Assembly: GCA_951406725.2 (NCBI GenBank)
Contig: OX597835.1
Span: forward strand, 50,716,001-50,780,000
Direction of reading: 5' to 3'
DNA from: Octopus vulgaris
Taxonomy: Eukaryota
DNA: 64,000 nt
The position numbers and the translations under genes were made by a program. This document shows, piece after piece, positions 1 to 14,382 of the stretch (positions are counted from its first letter, which is position 1; each line of letters opens with the position of its first letter). The notes beneath the pieces were generated by a model. It saw nothing but the letters and a program-made list of their open reading frames with translations. It was not told the origin of the DNA and did not search any database.

Positions 1-121
1 TACAATTTCATGGGGGTAAAAATTTCATGCAACATGGCATACTCTGAAAACCACATCATTGTAACTAATAAGCCAAGGCGATGGGTCAGAGCCAATACAC
101 ATTTCAATATGCATACACCTT

Positions 122-395
122 TCAATCCAATATTTCTTTGCAGAAGATATTCTTTGTGTAAGTTCTCCCTTTTCTTTTCCCTTGTTTGTCAGTGTTGATA
201 ATTTTAACTCTCACATCAGATAATTTGCGAGCCTTTGAGAATGCAACATATAGCTGATCATGGCCAAATACAGGTTCAGGCAAGAACAGCTCCACTTATC
301 AAATGTCTGCCCTTGTGATTTATTGATAGTCATTGCTTATGACAGGCGAACAGGAAACTGGTTTCTTTTTAAAGTGAATGACAAGTTTGGGATGT
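122..395 (-). pseudogene. Helitron Rep/Hel PIF1-like helicase C-terminal remnant
   Basis: Manual minus-strand translation gives FTLKRNQFPVRLS*AMTINKSQGQTFDK(fs)LFLPEPVFGHDQLYVAFSKAR...TKNIFCKEILD*. This matches helicase motifs V/VI and the typical C-terminus of Helitron RepHel, with a stop and a frameshift. Confidence 0.85.
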
Positions 396-1800
396 GCATG
401 GATTAAATGATATAAAAAACTTCAATTAAAGAATAAATTACTTTTCACTATGCACTCACCATCATCGCTGCCACCACCACCACCACCACCACCTCTCTCT
501 CTCCCTGCCTCTCTTTAATCACACCATCAGAACATCACCCCTCTGCTAAAATTATATTCCTAACTCTCCTCTATATCACTATCTTCAACTAACATTTTTA
601 ACCACATAATAAATATTAGGTTCCCCCTACTACATAATTTGGATGCTTCTCTCTCCATCTTTTCTCTTTCCCTCTTTCTGCTTCACTCTATGCCTTATCC
701 TCTTTCCTGCTTTTTTCTTTCTTCCTCTTTTTCACTAATCATGTGACAGTGTTACCAATGGGCTAGGTAATGTAATGACAAGCAGAACTATTATAAGATA
801 GTTTCAAATTTTGACAATTAAGAACCAGTCAAGTACTAGGTTCAGTAAACTCCACCTCCTAAAATTGTTGGTCTTGTGCCAAAATTTAAAACATTAGTAA
901 TAGTATTATATCCTTTCTCAGAATTAAAAATAAAACAAAAAGTATACAAATGAAATTTTGTTATCCATACTCCATGACTCACTTCACCTCCTCCCCTCCC
1001 CCAGCCATCACCAAAGAAAAAGAAAGTGGCTCACAGTCATTTATATAAAGCTGAGATATCCAAATACCAAGGACTATAAGAACTTTCACTAGTCCAACTC
1101 CATAATGTTATATTATTTACTTAATCATCATTATTGTTACAATTACTTGGAAAAATAGGAACACCTTAATATATGTATGTGTGTGTACACAAAGGCTTAT
1201 AAAAGAATTAAAACTGGAAGTCCTGAGATGAGTATCTATATTCAACACCCTCAAACATTAAGTAGTTACTTTTCAGAAGTCTCGTGTGTGTAAGTGGGGG
1301 GAGGTCTATTTATGTTATATCTGCTACACATCTTATTTTTACATAGAAATGTCTTAAGTCCGTGAAAAAAAATCTACAAATTAGGGTGGTATTGTTGAAT
1401 AATGCTGACTGATTGCTACTGTGTGGCTCCAATGCAGCACCTGCCATCTCAATTAATTGTGCTCACAATCTGTTAGCATTGCGTATACAGTGTTTATCAT
1501 AGTATGGACATCTAAGTACGACAAGTATAATCAAAACAATAACAATGGAAATAAAAACATGATGATAGAAGTGAAAGATTTTTCTTCCAAGATAACAGTT
1601 ACAGTAGGAAAGCACTTAAGCTAAACTGTTGCCTAGGAAGTAAAAATGAGAAACTATGCTAAGAAGTATGGCAATGAAGTGGAAGAGGGGATTCTGGAGG
1701 GCCAGGACAGCAAAAATATAAGAATGAAGAAAACATAAATAATAGTTACAGACTGCTTAACCCTTCTGTTACCATATTTCTATCAAAATACACCAGGTTT

Positions 1801-2000
1801 CATCATCGTCATCTAGCATCCATTTTCTATGCTGGCATGGGTTCGACAGTTTGACAGGAGCTGCCAGCCACAGAGGTGCACCAGGCTCCAATTGTCTGAT
1901 TGGGAGGATTTCTATGGTTGGATGCCCTCCCTAACATCAATCACTTTACAGTGTACTGGATGTCACATAAGTGACATGGGTACCACTTATGTGGCACCAG
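1801..2000 (-). mobile_element. RTE-LINE 3' terminal fragment with (GAT)n tail
   Basis: catcatcgtcatc...ttctatgctggcatgggtt...ggatgccctccctaac matches the 3' ends of the RTE copies at 39195 and 54867; a similar stub lies at about 17575-17675. Confidence 0.7.
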
Positions 2001-2274
2001 CATGGCTGCTTTTTACCCACAAACTTGCAATACAAGTAGGTATCACTATGAATTTTTGATAATATTTAAGTGTAATTTCTACTGTACTTTTTCTTGGAGA
2101 ACATCTTGGAGAAATATTTTAATACCTCATTTGTGAAATTTGGATGAATATTTTAGGAAATATGACAATTTGAATGATCAGTGAAACAGTTGAATTTTGC
2201 ATAATTTGTGTAAATGGGTAAGTAGCTATATTGTAATATCATATCTTTGAAACTGAGGTGATAATCAACTTCAA

Positions 2275-2845
2275 ATTACACAAATTGCATCTTATAGAGT
2301 TCCTACCTACGCCTTTTCTACAGATCGAGCAGGACCATCTACCTGAAGGCGTTTTGGATTTATCTACCTTCCTACTTATTAGGACTTTGGTTTTAGCTAG
2401 GTTGACTCTAAGTCCCTTCGATTCTAATCCTTGCTTCCACGTCTGAAACCTAACCTCCAGTTCTGATAGTGACTCAGCAATTAGAGCAAGGTCATCAGCA
2501 TAGAGGAGCTCCCAGAGGCATCCTGTCTTGAATTCCTCTGTTATTGCCTGGAGGACTATGATAAATAGGAGGGGGCTGAGGACTGAGCCTTGGTGGACCC
2601 CAACCTCTACCCGGAATTCTTCACTGTACTCGTTGCCAACCCTCACCTTACTAGCAGCGTCCCTGTACATGGCTCGTACAGCTCTCACTAACCATTCATC
2701 TATCCCTAGTTTCCTCATTGACCACCAGATAAGGGATCGGGGGACCCTGTCATAGGCTTTCTCCAAGTCAACGAAAGCCAGGTACAGAGTTTTATCTTTG
2801 GCTAGGTATTTCCCCTGCAGCTGTCTCACCAGAAATATGGCATTC
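2275..2845 (-). mobile_element. RTE-clade LINE reverse transcriptase fragment
   Basis: ORF 2239..2847 has AFVDLEKAYD, GVHQGSVLSP, LLYADDL and the start of a Cys-rich finger; it belongs to the same family as 40136..41380. Confidence 0.92.
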
Positions 2846-3387
2846 ACTCATGTAAATACCCAGGTCACGCACTGATTGTGCCTCTGGGATTGCAATTCCT
2901 CCGGGTCCAGTGTATTCATTGGGTATTGCATTTAGTTTTGCATGCTGATAGCATAAAGCTTGAAACTTTTCAGCATTGAACTGCATGCTATTCTTTTCAG
3001 CCCACTTGTATATTTTGTCCAGCTCACATTGCAGGCGTTTAGTGTCCTCAGGGTTCTGTATTGCCTGTGAAACTTTTGTATCATCTGCATAACTTGTGAT
3101 CGTGGCTCTCTGGGTGGCTGAGGGCATGTCTGAGAGGGCCATTATGAACAGTAGTGGTCCCAAAACAGTTCCCTGCGGAACACCGCTCACTATTTGCGTG
3201 TTAATGGAAGTGGCCCCATTGGCTACTACCACCTGACTTCTATCTTTCAGAAAGTCATGAAGCCATTCTCCCAGTTTTCCAACTATGTTGAGATCACGCA
3301 GTTTGTGACATATCATCCCATGATCGACTTTATCAAAGGCCTTTGCAAAGTCGAGATATATCACTTCCACATTTGAGTGGTTGAGCA
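2846..3387 (-). mobile_element. CR1-like LINE reverse transcriptase fragment
   Basis: [23 protein letters not shown] and SYADDTK at the end of ORF 2792..5263; near-identical to about 9904-10437 on the plus strand. Confidence 0.92.
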
Positions 3388-3484
3388 TATATATATATAT
3401 ACATATACATACATACATATATATACATATACATACATATATATACATATACATACATACATATATATACATACATACATACAT

Positions 3485-3517
<33 letters not shown>

Positions 3518-3533
3518 CATACATACATACATA

Positions 3534-3565
<32 letters not shown>

Positions 3566-4500
3566 CATACATACATACATACATATATATACATACATAC
3601 ATACATATACATATACATACATACATACATACATATATATACATATACATACATATATATATATACATATATATATATACATATACATACATATATATAT
3701 ACATATACATACATACATATATATACATATACATACATACATATTTATACATATACATACATATATATATATACATATATATACATACATACATATATAT
3801 ACATATACATACATACATACATATATATACATATACATACATACATATATATACATATACATACATACATATATATACATATACATACATACATATATAT
3901 ACATATACATACATATACATACATATATATACATATACATACATATATATACATATACATACATATATATACATATACATACATATACATACATATATAT
4001 ACATATACATACATATACATACATATACATACATACATATATATATATATACATATACATACATACATATATATATATATACATATACATACATATATAT
4101 ACATATACATACATATATACACATATACATACATATATATATATACATATACACATATACATACATATATATATATACATATACACATATACATACATAT
4201 ATATATATACATATACACATATACATACATATATATATATACATATACACATATACATACATATATATATATACATATACACATATACATACATATATAT
4301 ATATACATATACACATATACATACATATATATATATACATATACACATATACATACATATATATATACATATACACATATACATACATATATATATATAC
4401 ATATACATATATATATACATATACATACATATATATATATACATATACATACATATATATATATACATATACATACATATATATATATACATATACATAC

Positions 4501-4555
<55 letters not shown>

Positions 4556-5268
4556 CATACATATATATATATACATATACATACATATATATATATACAT
4601 ATACATACATATATATATATATACATACATATATATATATATACATATACATACATATATATATATACATATACATACATATATATATATATACATATAC
4701 ATACATATATATATATATACATATACATACATATATATATATATACATATACATACATATATATATATATACATATACATACATATATATATATACATAT
4801 ACATACATATATATATACATATACATACATACATATACATACATATATGTATATATACATATATACATACATATATATACATATACATACATATACATAT
4901 ACATATATATACATATATATACATATACATATATATACATACATACATATATATACATACATATACATACATATATATACATACATATACATATATATAC
5001 CATATACATACATATACATATACATACATATACATACATATACATACATATACATATATATACATATACATACATATACATACATATACATATACATATA
5101 TATACATATATATATACATATATACATATATATATATACATATATATATATACATATATATATACATATATATATATACATATATATATATACATATATA
5201 TATATACATATATATATATAAATATATATATACATATATATATATACATATATATATATACATATATA
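3388..5268. repeat. Compound (TA)n/(TACA)n microsatellite, about 1.9 kb
   Basis: Visible directly; it produces stop-free Y/I/H/T and M/Y/V/C pseudo-ORFs. Confidence 0.99.
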
Positions 5269-5966
5269 TCCTTAAATCCTTAAAAATGTTTTAGCCCGAA
5301 GGCCGTGGCCATGCTGGGGCACCACCGCTGAATGAGCTACACTAGTTTGTGAATCCACCTCTGATACGTGGCACTTGATCAACAAGGGAGTTCGATGCTG
5401 CTGCCCGCATCCGTGTCTCCTGTCGTGAGGTAGGTTCATCTGGGACTCCCAACAAGAAGAGATCCAGTTTAGTTTTAAAGAAACCCACATCCACACCATG
5501 TAAGTCTCTCAGGCATTTAGGGAGGATGTTAAAGAGCTGTGGTCCTCTGAAACCCAAGCTGTTGCAGTATCTGGACCTGTATTTTGATGGTGATGTTGGA
5601 ATCCTTGGCACCACGCAGCGGCGCCCGTTCTGCGGTTGGATTAACTTTGAATGCCAAAGTTTGGGACAAGACCCTCCAGGATTTTCCAGATGTATATCAC
5701 TGCATATCTCTCCCGCCTCCGCTCCAGGGAGAAGAGGTTTAATACCTTCAGTCTTTCCCAGTAGCTGACATTTTGCATTGAGACGATTTTCTTTGTGTAG
5801 CTTCTCTGAGTTGCTTCGAGTTCTGCTGTTTGTTTTATATTGTGTGGTGACCAAAGTTTGGAGCAGTAGTCCAAGCGGCTGAGGACAAATGTTTTCCATA
5901 GGACCATCAGTGTCTCCTTCTCTCTTGTTCTGAAAGTTCGGAGAATCCATCCAGCTAGCCGTCTGC
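5269..5966 (-). mobile_element. CR1-like LINE 3' end (5'-truncated, related subfamily)
   Basis: [35 protein letters not shown]...SLERRRERY...[14 protein letters not shown] is homologous to 10480-11100; the 3' UTR motif GGTGCCCCAGCATGGCCAC and a short tandem tail are present. Confidence 0.9.
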
Positions 5967-6459
5967 ATATATATACATATATATACATATATATACACAT
6001 ATATATATACATATATACACATATATATATACATATATACACATATATATATACATATATACACATATATATATACATATATACACATATATATATACAT
6101 ATATACACATATATATATACATATATACACATATATATATACATATATATACATATATATATACATATATATATACATATATATACACATATATATACAC
6201 ATATATATACACATATATATATACATATATATATACACATATATATATACATATATATATACACATATATATATACATATATATATACATATATATACAC
6301 ATATATATACAAATATATACACATATATACACATATATACACATATATATATACATATATACATATATATACATATATATACATATATATATACATATAC
6401 ACATATATATACATATACACATATATACATATATATATACATGTATATACATATATATA
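5967..6459. repeat. (TA)n/(CATATA)n microsatellite
   Basis: Visible directly. Confidence 0.99.
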
Positions 6460-7747
6460 CGAGGGGCGTTCAATAAGTAATGCCCCTGACCCACTTCCCA
6501 TAGCAGTAGAGCAACGAAACTTGGCACAGTTATTAGTCTTTTTCTACATAGGAACCACCCAGAGTTACGCATTTCTCCCATCGTTTGATGCGGCTCTGGA
6601 GACCGTTTTTGTAGAAGAACCCAGCTTGGTCCTCCAACCTCAACATGACTTCAGAAATCAAGGCTGCATCATCTGGGAAACGCTTTCCTTTCAAAAACAA
6701 CTTCATGATTGGGAAGAGGTGAAAATCAGAGGGTGCAAGGTCAGGAAAGTAGGGGGGATGGGGAGGAGTTCATAGCCATACGCCTGTGCTTCTAATCTGG
6801 CGACAAGCGAGTTGTGGACCGGAGCGTTGTCCTGCAGGAGGAGGATGCCTTTGCTGATCTTGCCCCGCCTCTTGATTTTGATAACTTCTCTTAATTTCCT
6901 CAAAAGTGAAGCATAATAGGCTCCTGAAATTGCGGTACCCTTTGCCAGGAAATCTGTCATCACTACTCCGTCCTGGTCCCAGAAGACTGTGAGCATGACC
7001 TTGCCAGCGGAGGGCTGCACCCTTGCCTTCTTTGGAGGGGGTGAGTCACGGTGCTTCCACTACATTGACTGGGCTTTGGTCTCTGGATCATCGTGATGGA
7101 CCCAGGTTTCATCCTGTGTAATCAGTCTTTTGAAAAATTTTGACTCATCTTGGCACATCTCCAAATTCACCCTCGAGCACTCGACGCGTTCTTGCTTCTG
7201 GAAAGGCATGAGCAACCTAGGAATCCATCTGGCAGACACCTTTTGCATATGCAAATGGTCATGAATGATAGTTTCCACAGACCAGGTACTAATCTTGACC
7301 TCATGGGCTATTTGGCGAATAATTATGCGTCGATCTTCCAAAATGGCAGCCTCAACTTGACGGACAGATGCCTCATCAATGGCAGAAGGGGGCGACCAGA
7401 TCTGGGAGCTGTTTCTACAGAGTTCCGACCATGTTTGAATTCACGATGCCAGCGTTTTACAAGGTCATATGATGGGGCATTATCAACATAAGTTACTTTT
7501 ATTTCATCAAAAATCTCCTGTGGTGTGCGTCCTTTCAAATACAAAAACCGGATCACTGCTCGACACTCAACAGGCTCCATTTCACACTTGACTCGGTTCA
7601 AACACCTGTAAATCAAAAACCACAATTAATTCAGAGCTGTAATTTGCCACTTACTCTATAGAGATATAAATGATTACACATGCAAAATTTCAGCTAGATC
7701 AAACAACTGCAAGTGGGTCAGAGACATTACTTATTGAACGTCCCTCG
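6460..7747 (-). mobile_element. Full-length mariner transposon (probably irritans subfamily), 1288 bp
   Basis: TIRs CGAGGGGCGTTCAATAAGTAATGCCCCTGACCCACTT / AAGTGGGTCAGAGACATTACTTATTGAACGTCCCTCG, each flanked by TA; the length is typical for mariner. Confidence 0.95.
6535..7580 (-). pseudogene. Mariner transposase, frameshifted
   Basis: Pieces MEPVECRAVIRFLYLKG, ARWIPRLL, ITQDETWV, LLQDNAPVH and a frameshifted PDLAPSDF motif are spread over ORFs 7323..7625, 7060..7341 and 6703..7020. Confidence 0.92.
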
Positions 7748-7778
7748 TATATATATATATATATATATATATACATAC

Positions 7779-7811
<33 letters not shown>

Positions 7812-9080
7812 CATACATATATACATATATACATATATGTACGTATATATATATACATATATGTACGTATATATATATACATATATGTACGTATATATAT
7901 ATACATATATGTACGTATATATATATACATATATGTACATATATATATATACATATATGTACATATATATATACATATATGTACATATATATATACATAT
8001 ATGTACATATATATATACATATATGTACATATATATATACATATATGTACATATATATATAACATATATGTACATATATATATACATATATGTACATATA
8101 TATATACATATATGTACATATATATATATATGTACATATATGTACATATATATACATATATGTACATATATATATACATATATGTACATATATATATACA
8201 TATATGTACATATATATACATATATGTACATATATATACATATATGTACATATATATATACATATATGTACATATATATATACATATATGTACATATATA
8301 TATACATATATGTACATATATATATACATATATGTACATATATATATACATATATGTACATATATATATACATATATGTACATATATATATACATATATG
8401 TACATATATATACATATATGTACATATATATACATATATGTACATATATATACATATATGTACATATATATACATATATATACATATATGTACATATATA
8501 TACATATATGTACATATATGTACATATATGTACATATATATACATATATATACATATATATACATATATATACATATATATATACACATATATACACATA
8601 TATACATATATGTACATATATATACACATATATACATATATGTACATATATATACATATATATACATATATATATACACATATATACACATATATACACA
8701 TATATATACACATATATACATATATATATACATATATATACACATATATATACATATATATACACATATATATACACATATATATACACATATATATACA
8801 CATATATACATATGTATACATATATATACATATATATACATATATATACACATATATACACATATATATACATATATATACACATATATATACACACATA
8901 TATACACACATATACACATATATACACACATATATATACACATATATACACACATATATACACATACATATATACACATATATATATACATATATACACA
9001 CATATATATACACATACATATACATATATATACATATATATACACATATATACACATATATACATATATATATACATATA
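7748..9080. repeat. Compound TA microsatellite with a roughly 22-bp higher-order unit (ACATATATGTACATATATATAT)
   Basis: Visible directly. Confidence 0.98.
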
Positions 9081-9121
9081 TATTCTTGATAAGTCATACA
9101 ATGACGAAAACCGGTTGAATA
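9081..9121 (+). ncRNA. Minimal type I hammerhead ribozyme-like motif (Penelope type), variant core
   Basis: TATTC-TTGATAA-GTCAT(aca)ATGAC-GAAAA-CCGG-TT-GAATA gives stem I TATTC/GAATA, stem II GTCAT/ATGAC and a palindromic stem III. The core has U3/A8 instead of C3/G8, plus one extra A. Confidence 0.55.
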
Positions 9122-9302
9122 AATATATATTTATATATTTTATCAATTTCTCATTTTATTAAAATTTTCTTTCATTTGAGCATTCTGCATTTTTAAAAAA
9201 TTTTTTCCTTATATATATATATATACATATATACATATATATACATATATATACATATATACATATACATATATATATATGTACATATATATATATATAT
9301 AT

Positions 9303-11183
9303 GCACTGTAGGATAGGGCCACTCGTTGAAAAGGATGGCACACTCACAGGAAAACCAATGAGGGTAAGTGAAATACTGAATGAGCAATTCAAGAGTGTTT
9401 TCACTCCACCCCTTGGGCATTTCCAAATCACCAATCCAACTGACTTCTTTACCACTGCAGATATAAAATCAGAGGTGGCGACGATAGACTACATCGATGT
9501 AAAGGAAGACGATGTAATAAAGGCTATAGATGAAATGAAAACAGACTCAGCTACTGGCCCCGATGGATTCCCGGCAATCCTCCTAAAAGTATGTAAGAGA
9601 GTCCTAGCAAGACCACTGCAGTTCCTCTTTCAGAGCTTCCTTGCAGCTGGCAAACTTCCAAGAAAACTGAAGGAAGGTAAAAATGCCCTATTCATAAAGG
9701 AGGTAGCAGAGCGGAGGCCAAGAACTACAGACCTATCTCTCTGACCTCACACATCAGCAAGGTCATGGAACGAATAGTCAGAAGGAAACTGATCACCTTC
9801 CTTGAAGAAAATGACTTGCTGCCCGACACCCAACATGGTTTCCGACCAGGGAGAAGCTGTTTAACTCAGCTCCTACAACACTATGACTGGGTGCTGAAAC
9901 GACTGCTCAACCACTCAAATGTTGAAGTGATATATCTCGACTTTGCAAAGGCCTTTGATAAAGTCAATCATGGAATGATATGTCACAAACTGCGTGATCT
10001 CAACATAGTTGGAAAACTGGGAGAATGGCTTCATGACTTTCTGAAAGATAGAAGTCAGGTGGTAGTAGCCACTTCCATTAACACGCAAATAGTGAGCGGT
10101 GTTCCGCAGGGCACTGTCTTGGGACCACTACTGTTCATAATGGCCCTCTCAGACATGCCCTCAGCCACGCAGAGAGCCACGATCACAAGTTATGCAGATG
10201 ATACAAAAGTTTCACAGGCAATACAGAACCCTGAGGACATTAAACGCCTGCAATGTGAGCTGGACAAAATATACAAGTGGGCTGAAAAGAATAGCATGCA
10301 GTTCAATGCTGAAAAGTTTCAAGCTTTATACTATCAGCATGCAAAACCAAATGCAATACCCAATGAATACACTGGACCCGGAGGAATTGCAATCCCAGAG
10401 ACACAATCAGTGCGTGACCTGGGTATTTACATGAGTGATGACGCAACCGTTCATGTACATGTTGCTAAATTGGCAATGAAATGTAGATGACTGGCCGGAT
10501 GGATTCTCAGAACCTTTAGAACAAGAGAGCAAGAAACCATGATGGTCCTCTGGAGGACACTTGTCCTAAGCCACTTTGACTATTGCTCTCAGTTATGGTC
10601 ACCATCCAGTGTCAAGTTGATCACAGAACCTGAGGCGATCCAACGTAGCTACACGAAGAAGATAGCCTCTATGCAGAATATAAGCTACTGGGAAAGACTC
10701 AAGAGACTAAAACTATATTCCTTGGAGCGTAGGTGGGAAAGATATGCCATAATATACATCTGGAAGATCCTGGAGGGACTTGTCCCAAACTTTGGCATCG
10801 AGAGTTACACAAATGCCAGAACTGGGCACCACAGCGTGGTGCCTAGGACTCCAAAGTTGCCATCAAGATGTAGGACAAGATACTGTGATAGCCTGGGCTT
10901 CCGAGGCCCACAGCTCTTCAATATCCTCCTGAAGAACCTAAGAGACCTGCATGGGGTGGACGCAGATGTCTTTAAAATGAAACTGGATCTCTTCCTGTCA
11001 GGTATCCCAGATGAACCAACTTCACGGCAGGAGGTGCAGATGATGGCAGCTGCATCGAACTCTCTCATGCACCAAATGGCAGTTGCTAAAAAGCTTTCGT
11101 GAAGTAAAACTGAGTAGCAACACCAAATGGCGGTGCCCCAGCATGGCCACAGCTCATGAGCTGAAACTGGAATCAATCAATCA
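9303..11183 (+). mobile_element. CR1-like LINE, 5'-truncated ORF2 with frameshift and stop, (AATC)n tail
   Basis: ORFs 9301..9744, 9765..10490 and 10539..11102 give [32 protein letters not shown] and DLGI; it ends ggaatcaatcaatc and is flanked by TA repeats. Confidence 0.93.
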
Positions 11184-11212
11184 TATGCGTATATATATAT
11201 ATATATATATGC

Positions 11213-11287
<75 letters not shown>

Positions 11288-11296
11288 TATATATAT

Positions 11297-11627
11297 GGCT
11301 CAGTGGTTAGAGCGTCGAGCTTACGATCGTGAGGTTGTGAGCTCGAATCCCGGACCGGGCTGCGTGTTGTGTTCTTGAGCAAGGCACTTTATTTCACGTT
11401 GCTCCAGTTCACTCAGCTGTAGAATTGAGTTGCGACGTCACAGGTGCCAAGCTGTATCGGGCCCTTTGCCTTTCCCTTGGATAACACTGGTGGCGTGGAG
11501 AGGGGAGGCTGGTATGCATGGGCGACTGCTAGCCTTCCATAAACAACCTTGCCCGGACTTGTGTCTAGGAGGGTAACTTTCTAGGTGCAATCCCATGGTC
11601 ATTCATGACCGAAGGGGGTCTTTACCC

Positions 11628-11632
<5 letters not shown>
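11297..11632 (+). mobile_element. tRNA-derived SINE
   Basis: A box TGGCTCAGTGG and B box GCTCGAATCC, then a central domain TTCTTGAGCAAGGCACTT...CTCCAGTTCACTCAGCTGTA resembling the Meta/MESC SINE domain; CpGs are intact and it is inserted in (TA)n. Confidence 0.85.
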
Positions 11633-11672
<40 letters not shown>

Positions 11673-12213
11673 GTATATATATGTGTATATATATGTATAT
11701 ATATGTGTGTACATATATATATATATGTATATATATGTATATATATGTGTATATATGTGTTTATATATGTATATATATATATAATGCTTTTATAATTCTA
11801 TTTTAGATTTAACTGTTTTTTGTTTTCTTTTCGTTCTTTGTAAATGTTATATTCATATTGTACTAGCTGAACTCGTCAAAACTTCATAGAAAACAAAAAA
11901 TGTAAGCATCTGTAAACAGTGTCTTCGTTTAATAAGTATCAAATATCTATGTGTAAGTGAGACCCTGGGAAATTTTATAAAATACAGAAAACATAAGTAT
12001 CTTTAAAAGTAACATCCAATTACAGTGTAGAAAAGTAATATCCAATATTGGCCGAGGACACAGTATAAAGAATATGGTAATTAATTATATTGTACAAAAG
12101 TAAAAGTAACTGCCAATATTTGCTGTGGTTATGTATCTGTCCACTCTGAAAATACTAATAAACATTGAAAAGCACAAAACAAACACCACCTTCCTTTCAG
12201 TCACCAATCAGTT

Positions 12214-12246
<33 letters not shown>

Positions 12247-14144
12247 CTCTTTCTCTTCGTCTTTGTCCCTCTTCTTTCTTACTCTGCTACTCACTTCAAC
12301 TATACCTCCTCTGCTTAACATTCTTTATTTCTCTTTCTTCTTTCTACCTCTCCCTTCAACTGTAGCAAAGTACCATCCACAGCCCTTTGCTGAGAGAGAG
12401 ACAGAGAGTGTGTTAGAGAGAGAGAGACAAACAGAATAACTGTCAGACAGATAAGCAACATTTCTTTTTGCAATTTCCATATTTTCAACAGTTTTATCAT
12501 ATATTGTTGAAAACAAAAAGTTTTCCAGCATTTCCTGTATGAGAATGGGTTCCATTCTCTTTCACTATTATTCCCTATCCACTTCCTTCCTTCACTCAAT
12601 CTATCTCTTTAAATCTCTCTCGTTTCCTCCTCCTTCCCCTCTCCTTTATGTTTCCTTGCTTGTTCTCTCAGCGCTATCAATCTCCTGTCTCTCTCACTCC
12701 CTCCGCTTTGTCTCTCACTTCAACTATACTTCCTCTGCTTCTGTCCCTCCCCTCTCTCCCGCTTTGCCACTCACTTCAAGTAAACCTCCTCTGCTTAATG
12801 TTTTACTTCTCATTTTCTTTGTACCTCTCTCTTCAACCTCTTTACCTCTTCCTTAAGTGTGACACACACCACAGGTATGTACAAAAACAAAAAAAATTAG
12901 CATATTAATTTTACCTTTTATTGAAGCAGAATTTTTTTTTTTTTTAAATATCTTTTAGATTGCTTTCCTACGGAAAGCGTACTTTCCTACGGAAAAATTT
13001 CCTATGCAGCGAACTTTCCTACAGCCCAAAATCCTGAGGCAAAAATATTTGCAGCAAACTTTCCAGATATGCTGTCATGATATGTAACTGTCGGATTTTA
13101 ATGAAAACTACATGAGAAGAAAATTCACATCCAAAACTTTCAAATGATATATAATTTTCCATTGAAACGATTTATTTTGACATGAAAATGATAAAGCAAA
13201 CAATGTGTTTTTTCATGTTCAAACTGTGCTTGTCTCCATTGTACAGCGCTCTAATGGCCACAGTTTCACTTAGCTTTTCAATTATTTTTTTTAAATAATG
13301 AATTTATTTTGATAAGTATCATTACGAATATGGTGCTTGAAACAAATTAACATGAAATTTTGATGGGAGGTTTCAATTTAGATCTCTTAGAACCAGAGAC
13401 AGTCTCAGACAGGTTGGTCACAAAACAGTTAAAAAAGGGTAAATGTAACTGCTGATGTCCATCCCTATATTCATTTAAAAAATTGGGCAACAATGAAAGC
13501 AGACAAATAGGGAAATGTGTTTTTGCAAAAGAAACAGTTGAAAATTTTCCAAATCAAAAAACAGAAATGAATGATAGAAGGGATTAAAGATTTCTTCCTT
13601 ACATTAGAGTACTTCCTCGTTTCCTTTAAAATGAATGTAAATAAGGTTAGTATGATACTCATCCTATCATGTATTTCAGGACAGGCTAACTGATGCAATA
13701 TCATGCTATATTGTGTCATATAAGTTGAGAGTGAATGAAGTCAAGGGATTGGAATATAACGGAAAAAAAAAAAAAATGAATTCAGGGTTTTACAAGAACA
13801 GAAAGTTGATGTTAGCAGTTCATTAAAAAGGCAAAATTTACCAATGCCTACAAAAACATTCATTATAAAGACAAAATATTAGAATTTTATTAAGCTTTAA
13901 AGTTTCTAGCATTTTTGTTTTGTTACTGAACAGATATTTTTATAAACTTTCTATTGCCTTCCTTTTATTTTTTTTATATATGAGCAACAGAACTGGTTGC
14001 TTTTTTTCTCTTCTAAATTGCTTTCTATGATATTTTCATTCTAAATGCCTATTCTTATCTGCTTTCCTGTTTTCTGTTGAACTATAATCATAACTTGCTG
14101 TGTGTGAAATGCTTTATGCAATAGCTAAAGTGCTTTTGTCATAT

Positions 14145-14382
14145 CTATTTCTTTATTGCCCACAGGGAGGCTAAACATAGAGGGGACAAACAAGGACAGA
14201 CAAAGAGATTAAGTTGATTACATCGGCCCCAGTGTTTAACTGGTACTTATTTAATTGACCCCGAAAGGATGAAAGGCAAAGTCGACCCGATGGAATTTGA
14301 ACTCAGAATGTAATGGCAGATGAAATATTGCTAAGCATTTTGCCTGGCATGCTAACAATTCTGCCAGCTCACCACCCTTTAA
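14145..14382 (-). mobile_element. tRNA-derived SINE (Deu/Nin-like core)
   Basis: B box GTTCAAATTC and core TTGCCTTTCATCCTTTCGGGGTC; flanked by the direct repeat TTTTGTCATAT (14134-14144 and 14383-14393); same family as 29130 and 41363. Confidence 0.88.

Noticed and set aside
2792-9162. Very long ORFs (342-823 aa) on both strands
   Set aside because: They are translations of TA/TACA microsatellite that lacks stop codons; only the LINE-derived tails are real coding remnants.
11297-11365. tRNA gene
   Set aside because: A and B boxes are present, but there is no proper acceptor stem and the sequence continues into a SINE body.
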